From NCBI GenBank assembly GCA_047495785.1, contig JBLDXI010000004.1:1364001-1428000 (forward strand): 64,000 nt of DNA. Reading direction: 5' to 3'. This document shows, one piece after another, positions 23,830 to 37,000 of this stretch; the stretch's first letter is position 1, and each line of letters starts with the position of its first letter. Under the pieces are notes generated by a model, which saw only the letters and a program-made list of their open reading frames with translations, had not been told where the DNA came from and searched no databases. This DNA is from Lepidodermella squamata (Eukaryota; Animalia; Gastrotricha). Position numbers and translations under genes: made by a program.

Positions 23830-24295
23830 CTGGTCAAATGAGCTTTGAAAGAAAATAAACGAAAAATTCGCTTTGTGAATTTTATAAAAAATTTAACGAA
23901 TGAAACTTGAATTGAGGCGCGTTTCAACGTGTTTGTAGTATTTTTTATGGCTCGACTCATTCTTGTGTTGCGATGACACGCGCCCTAAAAATTTCGCCAA
24001 GTCACGTCTTAAAAAAATACTCTGATACAAAACTGTGTCACGGCGTTTCATTTTCGGCGCCGAGCCCTGCCAAATAAGTGATCGCGTGTTTAAGAGTGCA
24101 CTGCCGAGTTCAAGTCCGTGTTATCCGGTTGACTATAGTTTTACAATTATTTCTTATTTCTTTGAAGAAAAATAACAGATTATTCAATTCAACAATCCAC
24201 ACATTCTTCATTTCACAGCTAAATCGACGAAGAGCAGAACTCAGTGAATAGAATTCGGCATTGCTTCGCCTGTGTTGTCAGATCTGGGAAGTGAG

Positions 24296-24615
24296 CGTGT
24301 GGCAAAATGCCTGACGGCAAATGTAGGCCATGACCTGGCGGTTCTTTTGACTCCGAATTTGGGGCCATCTGAGCAGGTCTGAGCAGGTCTTTGAAAATGA
24401 CTGTGTAATAACGTCGAAATCTCTGATTTCTGTGCGTTCCTTGAAGTCTTTGGCCCCCAATTCGGAGCCAAAAGAACCGCCAGGTCATGGCCAACATTTG
24501 CCGTCAGGCATTTTGCCACACGACGCATTGTTGACCCGATAAAAGGACTTTTTGACAGACCCAGGATTTGGATCCAAATATCGGATCTCGCAGTCTATTT
24601 TTGGCAGTTAAAGTG
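24296..24615. mobile_element. Left-truncated copy of the piggyBac-like MITE at 16189-16649
   Basis: Same right end ..tatttttggcagttaaagtg+ttaa and same internal inverted repeat. Confidence 0.75.
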
Positions 24616-25057
24616 TTAATGGTCCTGGAACACGGAGCATTACAAATTTTACATTTTCAATATCACGGTTCCCAAACCCGCAAGGGTAAGGCTGTTACAT
24701 TTCATTAAATTGTCATCACCTTGATGCCTTGACACCTCGCTCTTTTTCGGTTGAAATCACTTGCCATTATGGGAAATACAGCACACATTTTTCCATCCCT
24801 GGCAGCTCCAGGATCTAAGATCGCAACGTTATTCATCCAGGCACAGATTTGTCAAAATCGGCAACCTTCAAATTATAAATTAATGAAGACTGGTGATACA
24901 CCTACTTCCATTTATTCTTATGAATGAAATCATAGTTAGGCAAATAACATAATTCAAAGAAAACGATGTAGATTGTAAATTTTTGAAGTAACGATGAGAG
25001 TACTTTATAATCAGCAGTCACTGATGTATAATTGTGACCAACTGGCGGCTTTCCAAC

Positions 25058-28000
25058 CTAGCTCTTGCCAATCGTGAAAGCGGCACAATTGATTTCAACC
25101 ATTCGCATTTCTTCAAAACTTAGAACCTTGTAGAATAAGTTCAGGCAAGCCACGCTACCCAACAGCTGTTCTTGTGGGTTTGAAAGCGAGCTGTTAAATG
25201 GAAGTGAATGAGCCATGCACTTACTGTATTAAAAAATGAAACTAACCCTCCCAAGCGGAATAAGCCACTCGTGACAGGCCGCGAGCTGCTTCCTACAACC
25301 CCACCTTCCGTTTGGATAAAGAACTGCAATTCATTGTTGTTGGAATTGAACGTTATTGTCAGAAACTGCCATGCCATTGTGGATGGTGCCTGGATTGATT
25401 TCGATATAAAAGAATCACCATACGGCCGAATTTGAAACGTTCCGCCACTTTTCCGGAGTTCAAGTCCATCAGCACGATTTGGAGCGAATTCGAATATCGC
25501 GCCGGTCGTGCCATCTGGACTAGTGGCTAATAGAGTGATTGTAAAATTTCCCGAGGTCAGCCTGACTTTATTATCAGCCACAATCACAGGATCGGATGAA
25601 TTGTAATAGAAGGCTGTGTTTGGTACGCCGAATGGCCCGGTAACTCGTGCCAGGGGCGTGATTGGCACGTTCCTCGCATCGGCTCTAGGATCGACTACGT
25701 CGTTGAAATCAGAAACCAGTGGCCAAAGAGCTGTGTTCGATGGTAGAATAGCTTTCAAATTCTCAGGAGCCCAAGTTTTTCCGGCGCTGATTTGCAGACA
25801 TCTTCGTCGAAGTATCCACAGCTGCTGGATTGTCAGGGCTGTCTTGAATATCGATAAACAAGACACTCCACCGACAAGCTCGGCTTCGTCTACTGTAGTG
25901 GCACCCATGTGCATTTTATTGCTAGTAACTGGCGCCGTTACGCTCACCGTGTAGGTGAAGCTGTCGCAAACAGCTGTCAGCTGATTGGATGCACGATCAT
26001 AGATGACAGCAATAAAGATTCGAAGTGGGAGAGTCTGAGCAGCACATTGAAATTCATTGCCCTCCGACAGAGCATCTGTAACAAAACGCAGCAATCATGT
26101 TCCGTATGTGTACTATCGATCCAGCTGTTCACATTGGAAAAGATTTGCTCAACTCCTGTAACTTGAGGAAACCAATATTGCTAACCCCCTAGCGTTCCAA
26201 ATTTGTGAAAAACCTAAGGGTCCCCTGATGATTTTGGGTTCTGTATCAAAAATGATCGTCTGCTAAACAAGAAGAATCTTAGTTGCAAGAAAAATTAGGA
26301 AGTCAGTTCTGCTGGGGGCTGGGGGTCAAAAAGAAAAAACGCTAATCGAAAAATTGTAGGTTTTTTCTGAATTTTGAAGTTTTCATAGTCATTCGATTGA
26401 CCTATACTTTTTTCAAATTCAGGATTCGCATAAAAACCAGCTGCATATCGTTAGCGACGCGCCAAAACAACCACTTTGATGACTCATTTGATCGTACTAT
26501 GACGAGCCGAACGTAAAGAGGGAGTACGTTCGGCTTTTTTAGCACTGATCGTACTCATCGTAATTTGAATTTACGTTCAAGAGTCGAACGTACTTTCCAT
26601 AAAAAAGCTATAAATAGTAAAGTGGTTGTTTTGGCGCGTTGCTATCATTCAACTCTTTTACTCCTGGGGTGTGAGTTTTTAGTCCGGTCTGAAAGAAGTT
26701 CAGTTGGTTGGACTATTTTTCGAACGGTCTGAAAGCGTCATGCGCTGCACGTGCCGTGAAAATAGCGGAGACCGTAGACATAATATCAGTATAGACTGTC
26801 TACTTACGCGAAAAGGGGCGTAACGCCATGGACGCTAGATGGTCTGCTGATTCATCGATTTCTTGGAGGCCAAAAATAAAAAAAATAAAAAATTCAAAAT
26901 ATCGATTACTTGGCGATAAATGGGTCAGAATGCAAAGAGCCAAATGTTATCAGGTAGATCTCTTCGAGAGGAACTCTCTTGGAGAGGTGATTTTTTACCT
27001 TAATTTTAATAATGATGGAACATATCAAAAATTAGGAAATTATTTTTTGCATGCGGAGATGAACCATGACAACCGCTTCAAAAAAGTTAAATTGAACGAC
27101 TACTTGAAGTGGATTCTTCATACCAAGAGGTACCTTTTGAGTGAACCATCAAGAGTGAACCATCAGCTTATTTTTAACACTTTAAGCGCCGTTGTTTTTC
27201 ACGTGTACCATTCCTACAGGGTATTTTCGATGTACCTACCAAAAAATTCGACCCCCAGATTATTATATTTTCTTGAAGTTCATTGAATTCTAAGATCGTT
27301 AGTCAATGTCCCGAATTTTTCTGACCCATAATTATTACGTAATAGCTTAATATGCTTACTCATATTTGAGTATACGGCGTTTTCCTGCAAATTCGTATAC
27401 TCACCCATGAGTATATCGTTAGCGACGTTGAATAACTCGGATTCATGCTTGTTTACATCCGTTTTAAGGTCACGGGTGACAAGTGAAAAGCGGTTTTTTA
27501 CGTGAACAAACTGATACTATAATGACAGTTAATATATACACTCAAAGTAATCAAAACACTAATACTAACCTAAAAACAATTAGCGGTTATAAGATTCTAC
27601 GGTTTTACATAATCGCGGGGTTGAACCCAAATAAAACATGATATTTAAAAAAAAAAAGACTTTTTATTTGTCACCTATCACCTTGAAATGGAATTAAACA
27701 AGCCTAAATCTGAGTTATTCAACGTCGCTAACGATATGGCATCAGGCTCTTTTAATGAATACTCACATTTGAGTATACGGCCTTAAAGGTCAAAATTGCT
27801 ATTCTCGCCTATGAATATTTAGCGCTAGCTTTGAAACTTTACAAAACAAAATTGCGCAGTAATCAAGTAGTTTTAAGGTTTTTCTGTTGAAAAGACACTA
27901 TCAGAGATTTTTTGGAATTTTTTCCCTTAGAAAGCGTGATCTCTAAAAATAAGCTGATCTACTGAAAAAATACTTTGAAACATGGCGCATCTCGTAGAGG

Positions 28001-31000
28001 CGAAATAAAAAAATTAGGCAATTGTAGAAATCGATAATCGATGCATTATCGATGATCGATAATCGATAATCAGTGATTTCTTCGGAAAGGAATGAATATA
28101 AGGTGATTTTAACTTCAGATTTGAGTTTTGCGGTTGTTACTTGGTCTTGAGAAAGCACCGACGGATATTTTCGAAGCACAGGTCTCGTGCAAAAAAATCG
28201 CAAAAAAGCAACACACCCGCATACTCACAAATGAGTATACGGCGATATCCCGCAAATTTGAGGCTACTCATATATGAGTATATGGCTATATTCTGCAAAT
28301 TCCAGAATACTCACCTATGAGTATATGGCCGTTAAAGTGTTAAAAAAAATCAATAAGGCCCTGGAACCAAGGAGAAAAGAATCGAATATTTGCGATTTTT
28401 GGCCCCCAAGAAATTGATGAATCAGCAGGCCATCTGGCGCCTGGCGCCCATGGCGTTACACCCCTTTTCTCGTGAGTAGACAGTATATACTGATATTATG
28501 TCTATGGTGGAGACGAAGAATACCAAGTTGCCAACCTATCAAGTGAAAGGGGGCAACTAGTTAAAATTACCACAAATTACCGTAAATTCATTCAAAAGAG
28601 CACGGATGTTGTCTTCTCATATCAACACCATTCACCTCTAGACACTAGACACCATTCTCAACGCGGCAACTCGGTCTCCTTGGTCTTCACTCTTTTCTTG
28701 GCAGCACATGCCGCTTTCAAACCGGCCGCACCTTTTTCATCCGGGGCAATCTCTTATTTTATCCGACAACCAAAAGTGTGACTAAAACCTGCCGACTTGT
28801 ATTTTCATATTTTCAAAAACTTATAGTAAAAAAGTCGCCACAAATCATTCACCATGAAATTCTGTCTGCTCAGGGGCCAAAATAGGGTGCATAAAACAAT
28901 TTCTGCTAAGGATAAACTCACCCATGAATACGAGCAGAGTATTGCGAGAAAAGTCGTAAAAAATGCGGAATAGTGATGCGGTGTCGCGAAACGTAACGAT
29001 CGGCGAAAGTTTTGGTTCATCCAAGATGCTGGCGTAAATAGAAATTGTGAAAGAAGATTGGCTGAGATCAAGCAAGCTATTTTGGACTATCAGATAACCG
29101 GATGATCCGCCAGTCGATAACATGGAATTTGCGAATCCGAATGGGCCAGTATCGAAAAAATTATCATTATACACATTGACACCATGGACGCCATTTCCGC
29201 TAACATCATTTGTGCCATAAGCCTTCGTCAGCGGTAAGTAAGCCAATTCTTTCGGTGGTAGCTCAAAAGGCATCGCTGAAAATGACATGACATCTGAATG
29301 TTTGCAATTCCAGATTTCGTCAAACTTACCTTGTTCGCACTGGGCCAAATCGCTGAACCATAAACCAGTCGACGCCTAGGTTCGAGCAGATCTGGGATGA
29401 ATGCAATAAGGGAAGAAATGATTGATGCTCACGAAATTTTGAGGGCAGTTGTTGCCAATGACCACACATTGACGCGCCATGAGCAGTTGATTCACGCAGA
29501 GAAAGAGCTGCATCAAAAGGACATGAAATAGACAATTAAACAAGCGTCATCTGTCAGAAAGCAGTTTTAGCCGCTTTTACACTACACCATTCGAATGGTA
29601 AACGATGGTAATTGATGGTAATTACAAATGATTGTGTGACAACAGATGGTGAGTGAGTAACACAGCAAAATGAAGAATTTGCCGCTTTCGATTTTTAACA
29701 GATTCGTTTGTATTCTTAGCGTTCACATTATGGCCTTCGAAATATGGCCTCGGATTACTTCATTAATTGAGGGAAATACAACCAAAAATCCTGAAACGGG
29801 AGAATTTATTTTCCTAGGCTACGTTCAATTACGTATTAATCAATTTTAACGGAACCGATATCGAACTTCCTTATTTTCCGATCAAGGTTCGAACCACGGT
29901 AATTTTCGCATTTTTTACTCTTCGCGATGTATTTTTTTTAAATATTATTTGATTATTATCAGAAAAATGACAGGAAATCAGGAAATTTTCAGAAACATTT
30001 TGAGGAGTCCCTTGATATGGATTACCGAAATTGCGACGATTTCTCGACTTTCTAAAATCATCGTTAAAATTTCGAAGTTTGAAATCATTTCTTGATGCGA
30101 TAAGAGAATCGGTGAACCCCGGGCGATTTTTCAGCGAGCAATTAATAACCTGATTATCCTTTAGCGGAGCCAAATTTGTCAGTTGCGGAATAGTTGGTAT
30201 AGTTTGAATTTTAAATTAATTAATTATGGGCCCAGGTCGCCGATAGCAAGCAAGTGCCACACAATTGCGTGGAACCAAAATTGGCTGTAGACCCATATTT
30301 CTAGACTTGGAAATTTTGTTAGTTTTATCTAAGTTTTTTGATTTTTTTAAATTAATCTGGAAATTCGGAAAATGCATTTTAGGCATTTTAGTTTCCGTTT
30401 TCGGCCAAATTTGGTACCGCAATAGGCATTTTTGGTTCCGCTAAAAGTGAGACCATTTAATAATTTTACAGCTATTTTGTGTGGAAAAGCTGTCAAGAAA
30501 TACCTAGAAAAATAATTAAAATACCCAAAATTGGCATCTCGACAATTTCCAAACGCGGAGAAGCCGCGAGTTTAAGGTGATAAAGCAAGGAAATTTGGTC
30601 CAACAAATTTAGAGAAACGCATCGCGGAATCGCGGAAAATTCGCGGAATTTACACGATAATTTTTTCATTAAATTCGGCTAGGCACCGAATAAAGCTCAG
30701 GCTTCCTATCCGTTTAGACGGAAAATTAATCACGTTGTAAATGAGTCGCAGAAATACCCACGTAAACTGGTTTTAATCATTTTTAGTTTTCTCAAAATCA
30801 CGATAAAACCGTGAAAATAAGCAAAAACAAGCTAATCCTTGTTATTCAACAATTGAGTAATTACCATCAATTACCATCGTTTACCATTCGCATAGTAGTA
30901 GTGTAAAAGCGGCTACTAGTGAATGATAAACACCAGCGAAATAACAGGCTCAGGGTATATTGGGGGAGAACATTTCAGAAGCTTTCTCATAAGCTTTTTG

Positions 31001-34000
31001 AGCATATACGTAATAAGGATGTTAACCTGTTTGTAAGGGCCTCTGTCGAACGAAAAGTAACGAAAATCTTTCTGTCAACCCCTTCTGTTAACTCCTTTCT
31101 GTCTAGTCAATTTAAAAAACAACCTTCTTCCGCTAAACTGCACATTTGGCCCTTGTTTTCTGGCAGACTGCTCTTCGAATAAGAGCCTCCCAAATTCCGG
31201 AATTGATCCCACTTAATTCTCGACTGAGCCCTATCTCGTAATTCGGAATTTTTCACGAAAAACGTCTTTTCGGAGTGGCATCCGGAGATAAGTATTTCAA
31301 TTTGACAATTTATTAATTATTTGGAACCCAACTTAGGAAACAATTCTACGCACTCGGAAAGATACATTTTTCGAATTTCGAATGTATATGCTTCTATCAA
31401 TATAAAAAAATTCCGACACCTAGAAATTATCCACTTTCTTTTATTTAAAGGTATATAGAACTAGAGGAATAAAATAATTCCAAACACGAAATAGCGTTGT
31501 TTCTCCATACAATTCAAGGGATATGGTGAAATCATTATCAAGTTATTGAATTCAGCACCTGACATCTGACATTATTTAATTTTGTACCAAATTATTCCAA
31601 ACATCCCGGATTTGAACCTTCAACGCTAACATAATCCTAACCCTAACTAGTAAAAACGAATGAAATGGTTAGGTACACCTTTTCCACTTGCATTTTACCA
31701 CCGTACAATTGCATTTTTCCGATCTATTTATAGCCTGTTTTTGTTCACGTGAATAACAGCTATGATTTATTGTCGTCTTCTCCGTCGTCGTATTCCACTT
31801 CTATGGCAATGATAGTAATGAATGAATTTTATTGCTCTTAGCACTGATCACTGGCAAATTATCTGGCACGCGCCGAATTTTCTATATAACTATTCCATTC
31901 AGGGCGATTTTCTACTTTCATCTGTGCAACAATGAGTTACCTATTCTACAGTTAAATTGTATGCAGCAGGAGACGATACATTAATGCGCACTTACGGCAT
32001 TTCCCTTAAAATTTCTTGAAATGCCTATTTCTACTAAATCCGCAGAAATGGGACTCTTAAAAATACAAGGAATAAGCGCTGACTTCATTGGTGTGTTTAA
32101 TATTCTGGAATGTATAGCAAAGATTATTCCAAAATCAGGAGAGCCTATCATTAGAAATTATGCTACATTAAAAATATAACACAATGCACGAGAAACTGAA
32201 TTCTCATTCTTATTCCGCCGTGAACAATCCCAGAATAAGATGAAAAATTTGAAAAATAATGTCGACTGATTAACTCAGCCCGCCGTATTTTTACTTCAAG
32301 GCTTACACTCACCGCTGAATTTGGATATTTTGGGACACTTTTAATAGGATATTGGAATCAACTCAAGGTATTCAGAACCGCTTCGAAGTTTTGATTTTGC
32401 CGCTTCAAAATCAATTGAAATTTTCTAGACAACTTTTCTTCAAAAATATTGCAATTTTTGGGAGGTATATGTAGAAAATATTTTTATCAACATTTTCTCG
32501 GGCTTACAGCAGTCTGACCCCAATAAGTTAACTTAAAGGCTCTAAATAATGCAGCGAAATATCCTTGTCAGCGATGACTATTTGCAAAAAATTCGGCGCG
32601 TGCCTGATAATTTGCCAGTGATCAGTGCCAAGAGCAATAAAATTCATTCATTACTATCATTGCCATAGAAGTGGAATACGACGACGAAAAAGACGCCAAT
32701 AAATCATAGCTGTTATTCACGTGAACTGAAACAAGCTATAAGTAGATCGGAAAAATGCAATTGGACGGTGGTAAAGTGCAAGTGGAAAAGGTGTATTTTA
32801 TTAAAGGGTGAGGTAAAATCTGTCGCCCAAAAAGGTAAAGTTCGCCCCATTTGTGTCGCCCAAAATTAAACAAAGCCGCACTCATTGCGTAATCGCAGCA
32901 CGCGTCCACTTAAAGACGCACAGAATAGCGAGACTACGCACGTGGTTGATAATGAGTCGCCCCATAATAAATAGAGCCGCCCAATTTGATATTAGGGTTA
33001 TTGTAGTCATTAAAAATGATTTTAGAAGACGAAGAAGACGAGAATGCTCTTATTTCGGGCGAAGATGTGTTTGTAGCTGATAGCAGTGATGATGATAGCT
33101 CACCCATCACTGATGAGTCGACCAGTACTGGCAGCGAGTCGAGCAATAAATCGCCCTACAGCATGCAGCCGGCAAAATGGCACCCTGTTTTTTCGTCATC
33201 GGATGTAGACGAAGTTGAGGAGAAATGGCAGCAGCTAGCAACCGATGCTGGCAGCAGCGGCTGGACAGCGGCAAGAGGCATAAAAACCGCGAAGAAAAAC
33301 AACGAAGTATCTCAAACTTATTACTGCGCCGACTATTGTAGGAAGAAGCGCTGTCGAGCCGAAACGAAGATCGTTTACGGTGAAAGAATGCGGCTTATGA
33401 CAAACGGCATTGAACACCGGCACCCTGATGAGCCACTGCGAGGCCTGTCGTATCGCGTTCGCGCGGCCATTGACGCCTGCTACGACGAAGGAGTGAGTAA
33501 AACAACCCGAATTTTACGACTTCAATGATTTTTTTCATGATTTATGCAGTTTAAAACATTCACCGCTATCATTGCGCGCTTGGAAGAGAAAAATCGCAAC
33601 AAGCCTGACGAGGAGAAGATCGATATCAACAAAATCGACGATCATAAGATTCAGTACTACATCAAAAAGCTGAACAACGGCGGCAAAGCTGCGGTTCAAT
33701 TATTTACGTTGGCCGATTTCGACGATTTCGCTGCTGCTCATTGCGCGGTGCCGACCAACGAGCATCAGGCCTACGTCAATCACTGCGAGACTCACCTGCC
33801 GACTGCCAACGAGCCACAGGCGTTCAGGCTTCAAATGACCACGCCGGGCCTTCTTGGACTGCATTCGCATGCCGGCCCACTGCATCTGGACGGCACGTAC
33901 AAGACGAACTATATGGGTCTACCTGTTATCAACATGGGTACCACGGACAAGGCGCGTAAGTGGCACCCGACTTCATTCACGGTGGTGAGCGGCGAGAAGG

Positions 34001-37000
34001 AGCGCGATTACGAGGTCGCACTTAACGCTCACAAGGAGGCTTACAGGTAAGATAATCCTTCTTAAGTGTTTGCCTACCTGTTTACTCGCCGGTTTATAGG
34101 GTAGTGTATAAACAGCCGATGCCGACACCCCCGGTGATTGTACGCGACGGCGCCCTGGCTATCGTCAACGCCTGCAATAAAGTGTTCCCGGGCGTGAAGC
34201 AAGTCCAATGCTATGCACACGTTATGATGAACGTGGATGACAATCTACCGCTCATTAAGGTGATTGATGCCGGAACTGGAAAAATAGACCAAAAAGCCAC
34301 GAAAAAGAAGCGCGAAGAAGTGCGAGCGGCTGTTGTTTTATTACAGCAGTGCATCTCTGACATCGAATTCAATGAAGCGTCGGGTCATTTTTGCGACTTC
34401 TACTTATCCGACGAGGTAACCCGGCCGTTCATCGAATACTTCAAGCGGGTGTGGCTTGACGACTCGAATCGCAACACGTGGTACGAGGGGTTCGCCCCAG
34501 GCCTTCCATCGACCAACAACGCCAACGAATCGGGCAACAGGGACATAAAGCGGACTTGGACGGCTAGGCAGCAGCTGAAACTATTGAAATTACTCGAAAA
34601 GTTCATAGGTCAGGTGTTCCCGTTTTGGTCTTATCGCCGTGATGTGACGAATATCAACACAGCATGCCACTTCCAGGTTCTAGTAACCGTGGCTCTCCAT
34701 CACTGGCGAGGCGCTCTGGAATTTAAAGCCAAATCGGTCAAAATTCGGACCATTAATATCGATGGGGCTAGCTATCGCGTTTGGCGGCGTGATGGCGAAA
34801 AAATCGAAGATTACGAGAAAACCAGCTTTATCGTCCCATCCATTCAAAGCCGATTCGACAACTGGGCCGAATTCGTGAAGTATAAGCTGACCTATCATGT
34901 CGCAGTGTTGAGCAACGGGGTTTGGACTTGCCAGTGTCGCTACTACAGCAAAGAATTTGTTTGCTATCACTCGCTGGCCTTCGAAATCCTCTCTGGCCGC
35001 CCGGTACCGCCTGGTTATGCAAAACGGCTTACTAAGGTGGAAAAACCGGCGAAGCGTGGTCGCAAAAAGTTGGCGAAAGGGGCCCTGGCTATGCAACCTC
35101 TCGCCTATCTGGCCGGCGATCCGGATCTTGAACAAACTATCGTCAGCCCTCCTCCGGCTCAAGACGCAGAAACAACACCGGTTCGGTTAGCCCCAAAAGT
35201 CAGGCGCGTTGAAAAAGACTCGGAAGATGAAAATACTGATAAAATTGATGATGATGATGATGATGATCTTGAAAAAAAAGTTTCTTGTCAGTGCAAAAAG
35301 GGTTGTTACAAGCGAAAAGGCAAGCCATGCGCTTGTTTCTCGAGCAATTCAAAGTGTTCTGCTAAGTGTAAATGTGTTGAGTGCACCAATAAATAAAATT
35401 TGGCGGCGTTTTACCCACGCAGGGCGACTTTGTTTACTTTAGGGCGCGCCTCTCCAAAACGAGGGCGCGCTATTATCAAATGAGGGCTGAGATTAAACGA
35501 GGGCGGACTTTTACCTTTTGGGGCGGCAGATTTTATTTTACCGTTTTATTAAATGATGTTTGGTACCGGCGTAAGATTTTTCCATAATTCAAACGTTCAA
35601 ATAACTCTAGACCCGAAAAATCACCGTAATTTCGGTGATAAAAATCGGGCTTTTAGCTTATAAAATCCCCTCAATTAGGGCCCTGTCAGTATCCTTATTC
35701 ACGGATTTTCAACATTTATCTGAATTAATGCCCTAAATCACCTTAATTTATCTACAAAAACTGCAGGTATATATCCGCTGTAAGCATGAATTCAGATACC
35801 GAAACTGAATTCATGCATTCGGTAGATAAATTAGAGTGATATTTTTCTCTGGTTTTCAAATGTCATTCTTAAAAAGAGGCATTCATATAGCTTTAATAAA
35901 AATGGTCGCTGAAGTTGAAACTCACGATTGATCTGCAAGCGGCGTAATTTTGCGAAAACGTTCCATTTGCGAAATCACGTGTCTAAAAAACTCAATTTGC
36001 TAATTTATATCGAGAAAGTGAGGGAGCTGATCAGACCGGAGGCTGTCCTTGCGGGCAACTCGCCGAATCCTGGCATGTTGCTGCATCAGCGCAGAGATGG
36101 ACACTCTGAAACAGAGAAACAGTGTGAAAATGGCGGATCATTTTGAGCAAAATCCTCACCGCAGTACTGCAAGCACTTTCAGACGTGTAACTGACATTTC
36201 CAACCTGTGATGGAACATTTTGAAGTTGATCAGAGTTACGCCTCGCATCAACTCACGGCAATGGATGGGCTCGAGCAAGACGGGAAGCAGCCAATGTAGG
36301 ATTTACCGCCAGCGTTGTAACAGTGTACGTAATTAACAACTGATTATTATGAAATGTTCATCGGTTGAGATTATCCACCAAAGCTCTTAAAAACCAACTT
36401 TTGCAAATTGCAAACGAGTCATAGCTGGCTCCATCTTGGCTTGCGGTCTGGAAAAGCAAAGTATTAACAAAATCGGAATTCCGCAAAGATAAACTCACAG
36501 TCGATGCTGGGCAATTCGAGCTGATCGGGACGCATACAGTGAGCGAATTTGAAGGCGGATCGACGCAACGTTTATATTTGCCCTTTAATTATTACCAATT
36601 ATAATTAGCAAAGGCGATGAACTTTTTTACCACCTGAATCGCAGCAATGCAGGTCTGGAAATTAGTAGCAAAAAGCGTGGTGCTAGATCCGACGCTTCCA
36701 CCCTGTAAAATTTGCGATTGAACTCAACAGTAAGAAATGAAAAACTGGTGTAAGGTTTCACGTCATATTTCCCAGCGCCGCTCGGGCACGAATCCAGGCA
36801 GCTACCTCCGCTCGAAGCATCATAACACATGTTGATAGACTAAATATTAAATAGTTTGGTAAATGGTGGTATAATCGATGGGAAATCGCTGAACCCCTGT
36901 ATCGCAACTAGTTTTCGACGCGAAGATCGTTTGGCTAGGTGTCTGTTTTACGAAAATCTATCAAAGCGTGGAATCATTGAAAATAGATCTCACATCTGTC

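Larger units (their letters stand above)
26773..28506. mobile_element. Non-autonomous TIR element with 8-bp TSD (P- or hAT-like), outer shell of a nest
   Basis: ~110-bp imperfect TIR c(g/a)tagacataatatcagtata..; TSD gcggagac (26765-26772) / gtggagac (28507-28514). Confidence 0.75.
31518..35583. mobile_element. Telomere-repeat MITE split by two later insertions
   Basis: TSD acaattcaa / ataattcaa; halves 31518-31675 and 35544-35583 rejoin to match the 13968-14159 element. Confidence 0.75.

Noticed and set aside
26828-27286. 152-aa ORF
   Set aside because: Crosses the junction of two nested elements; no recognisable motif
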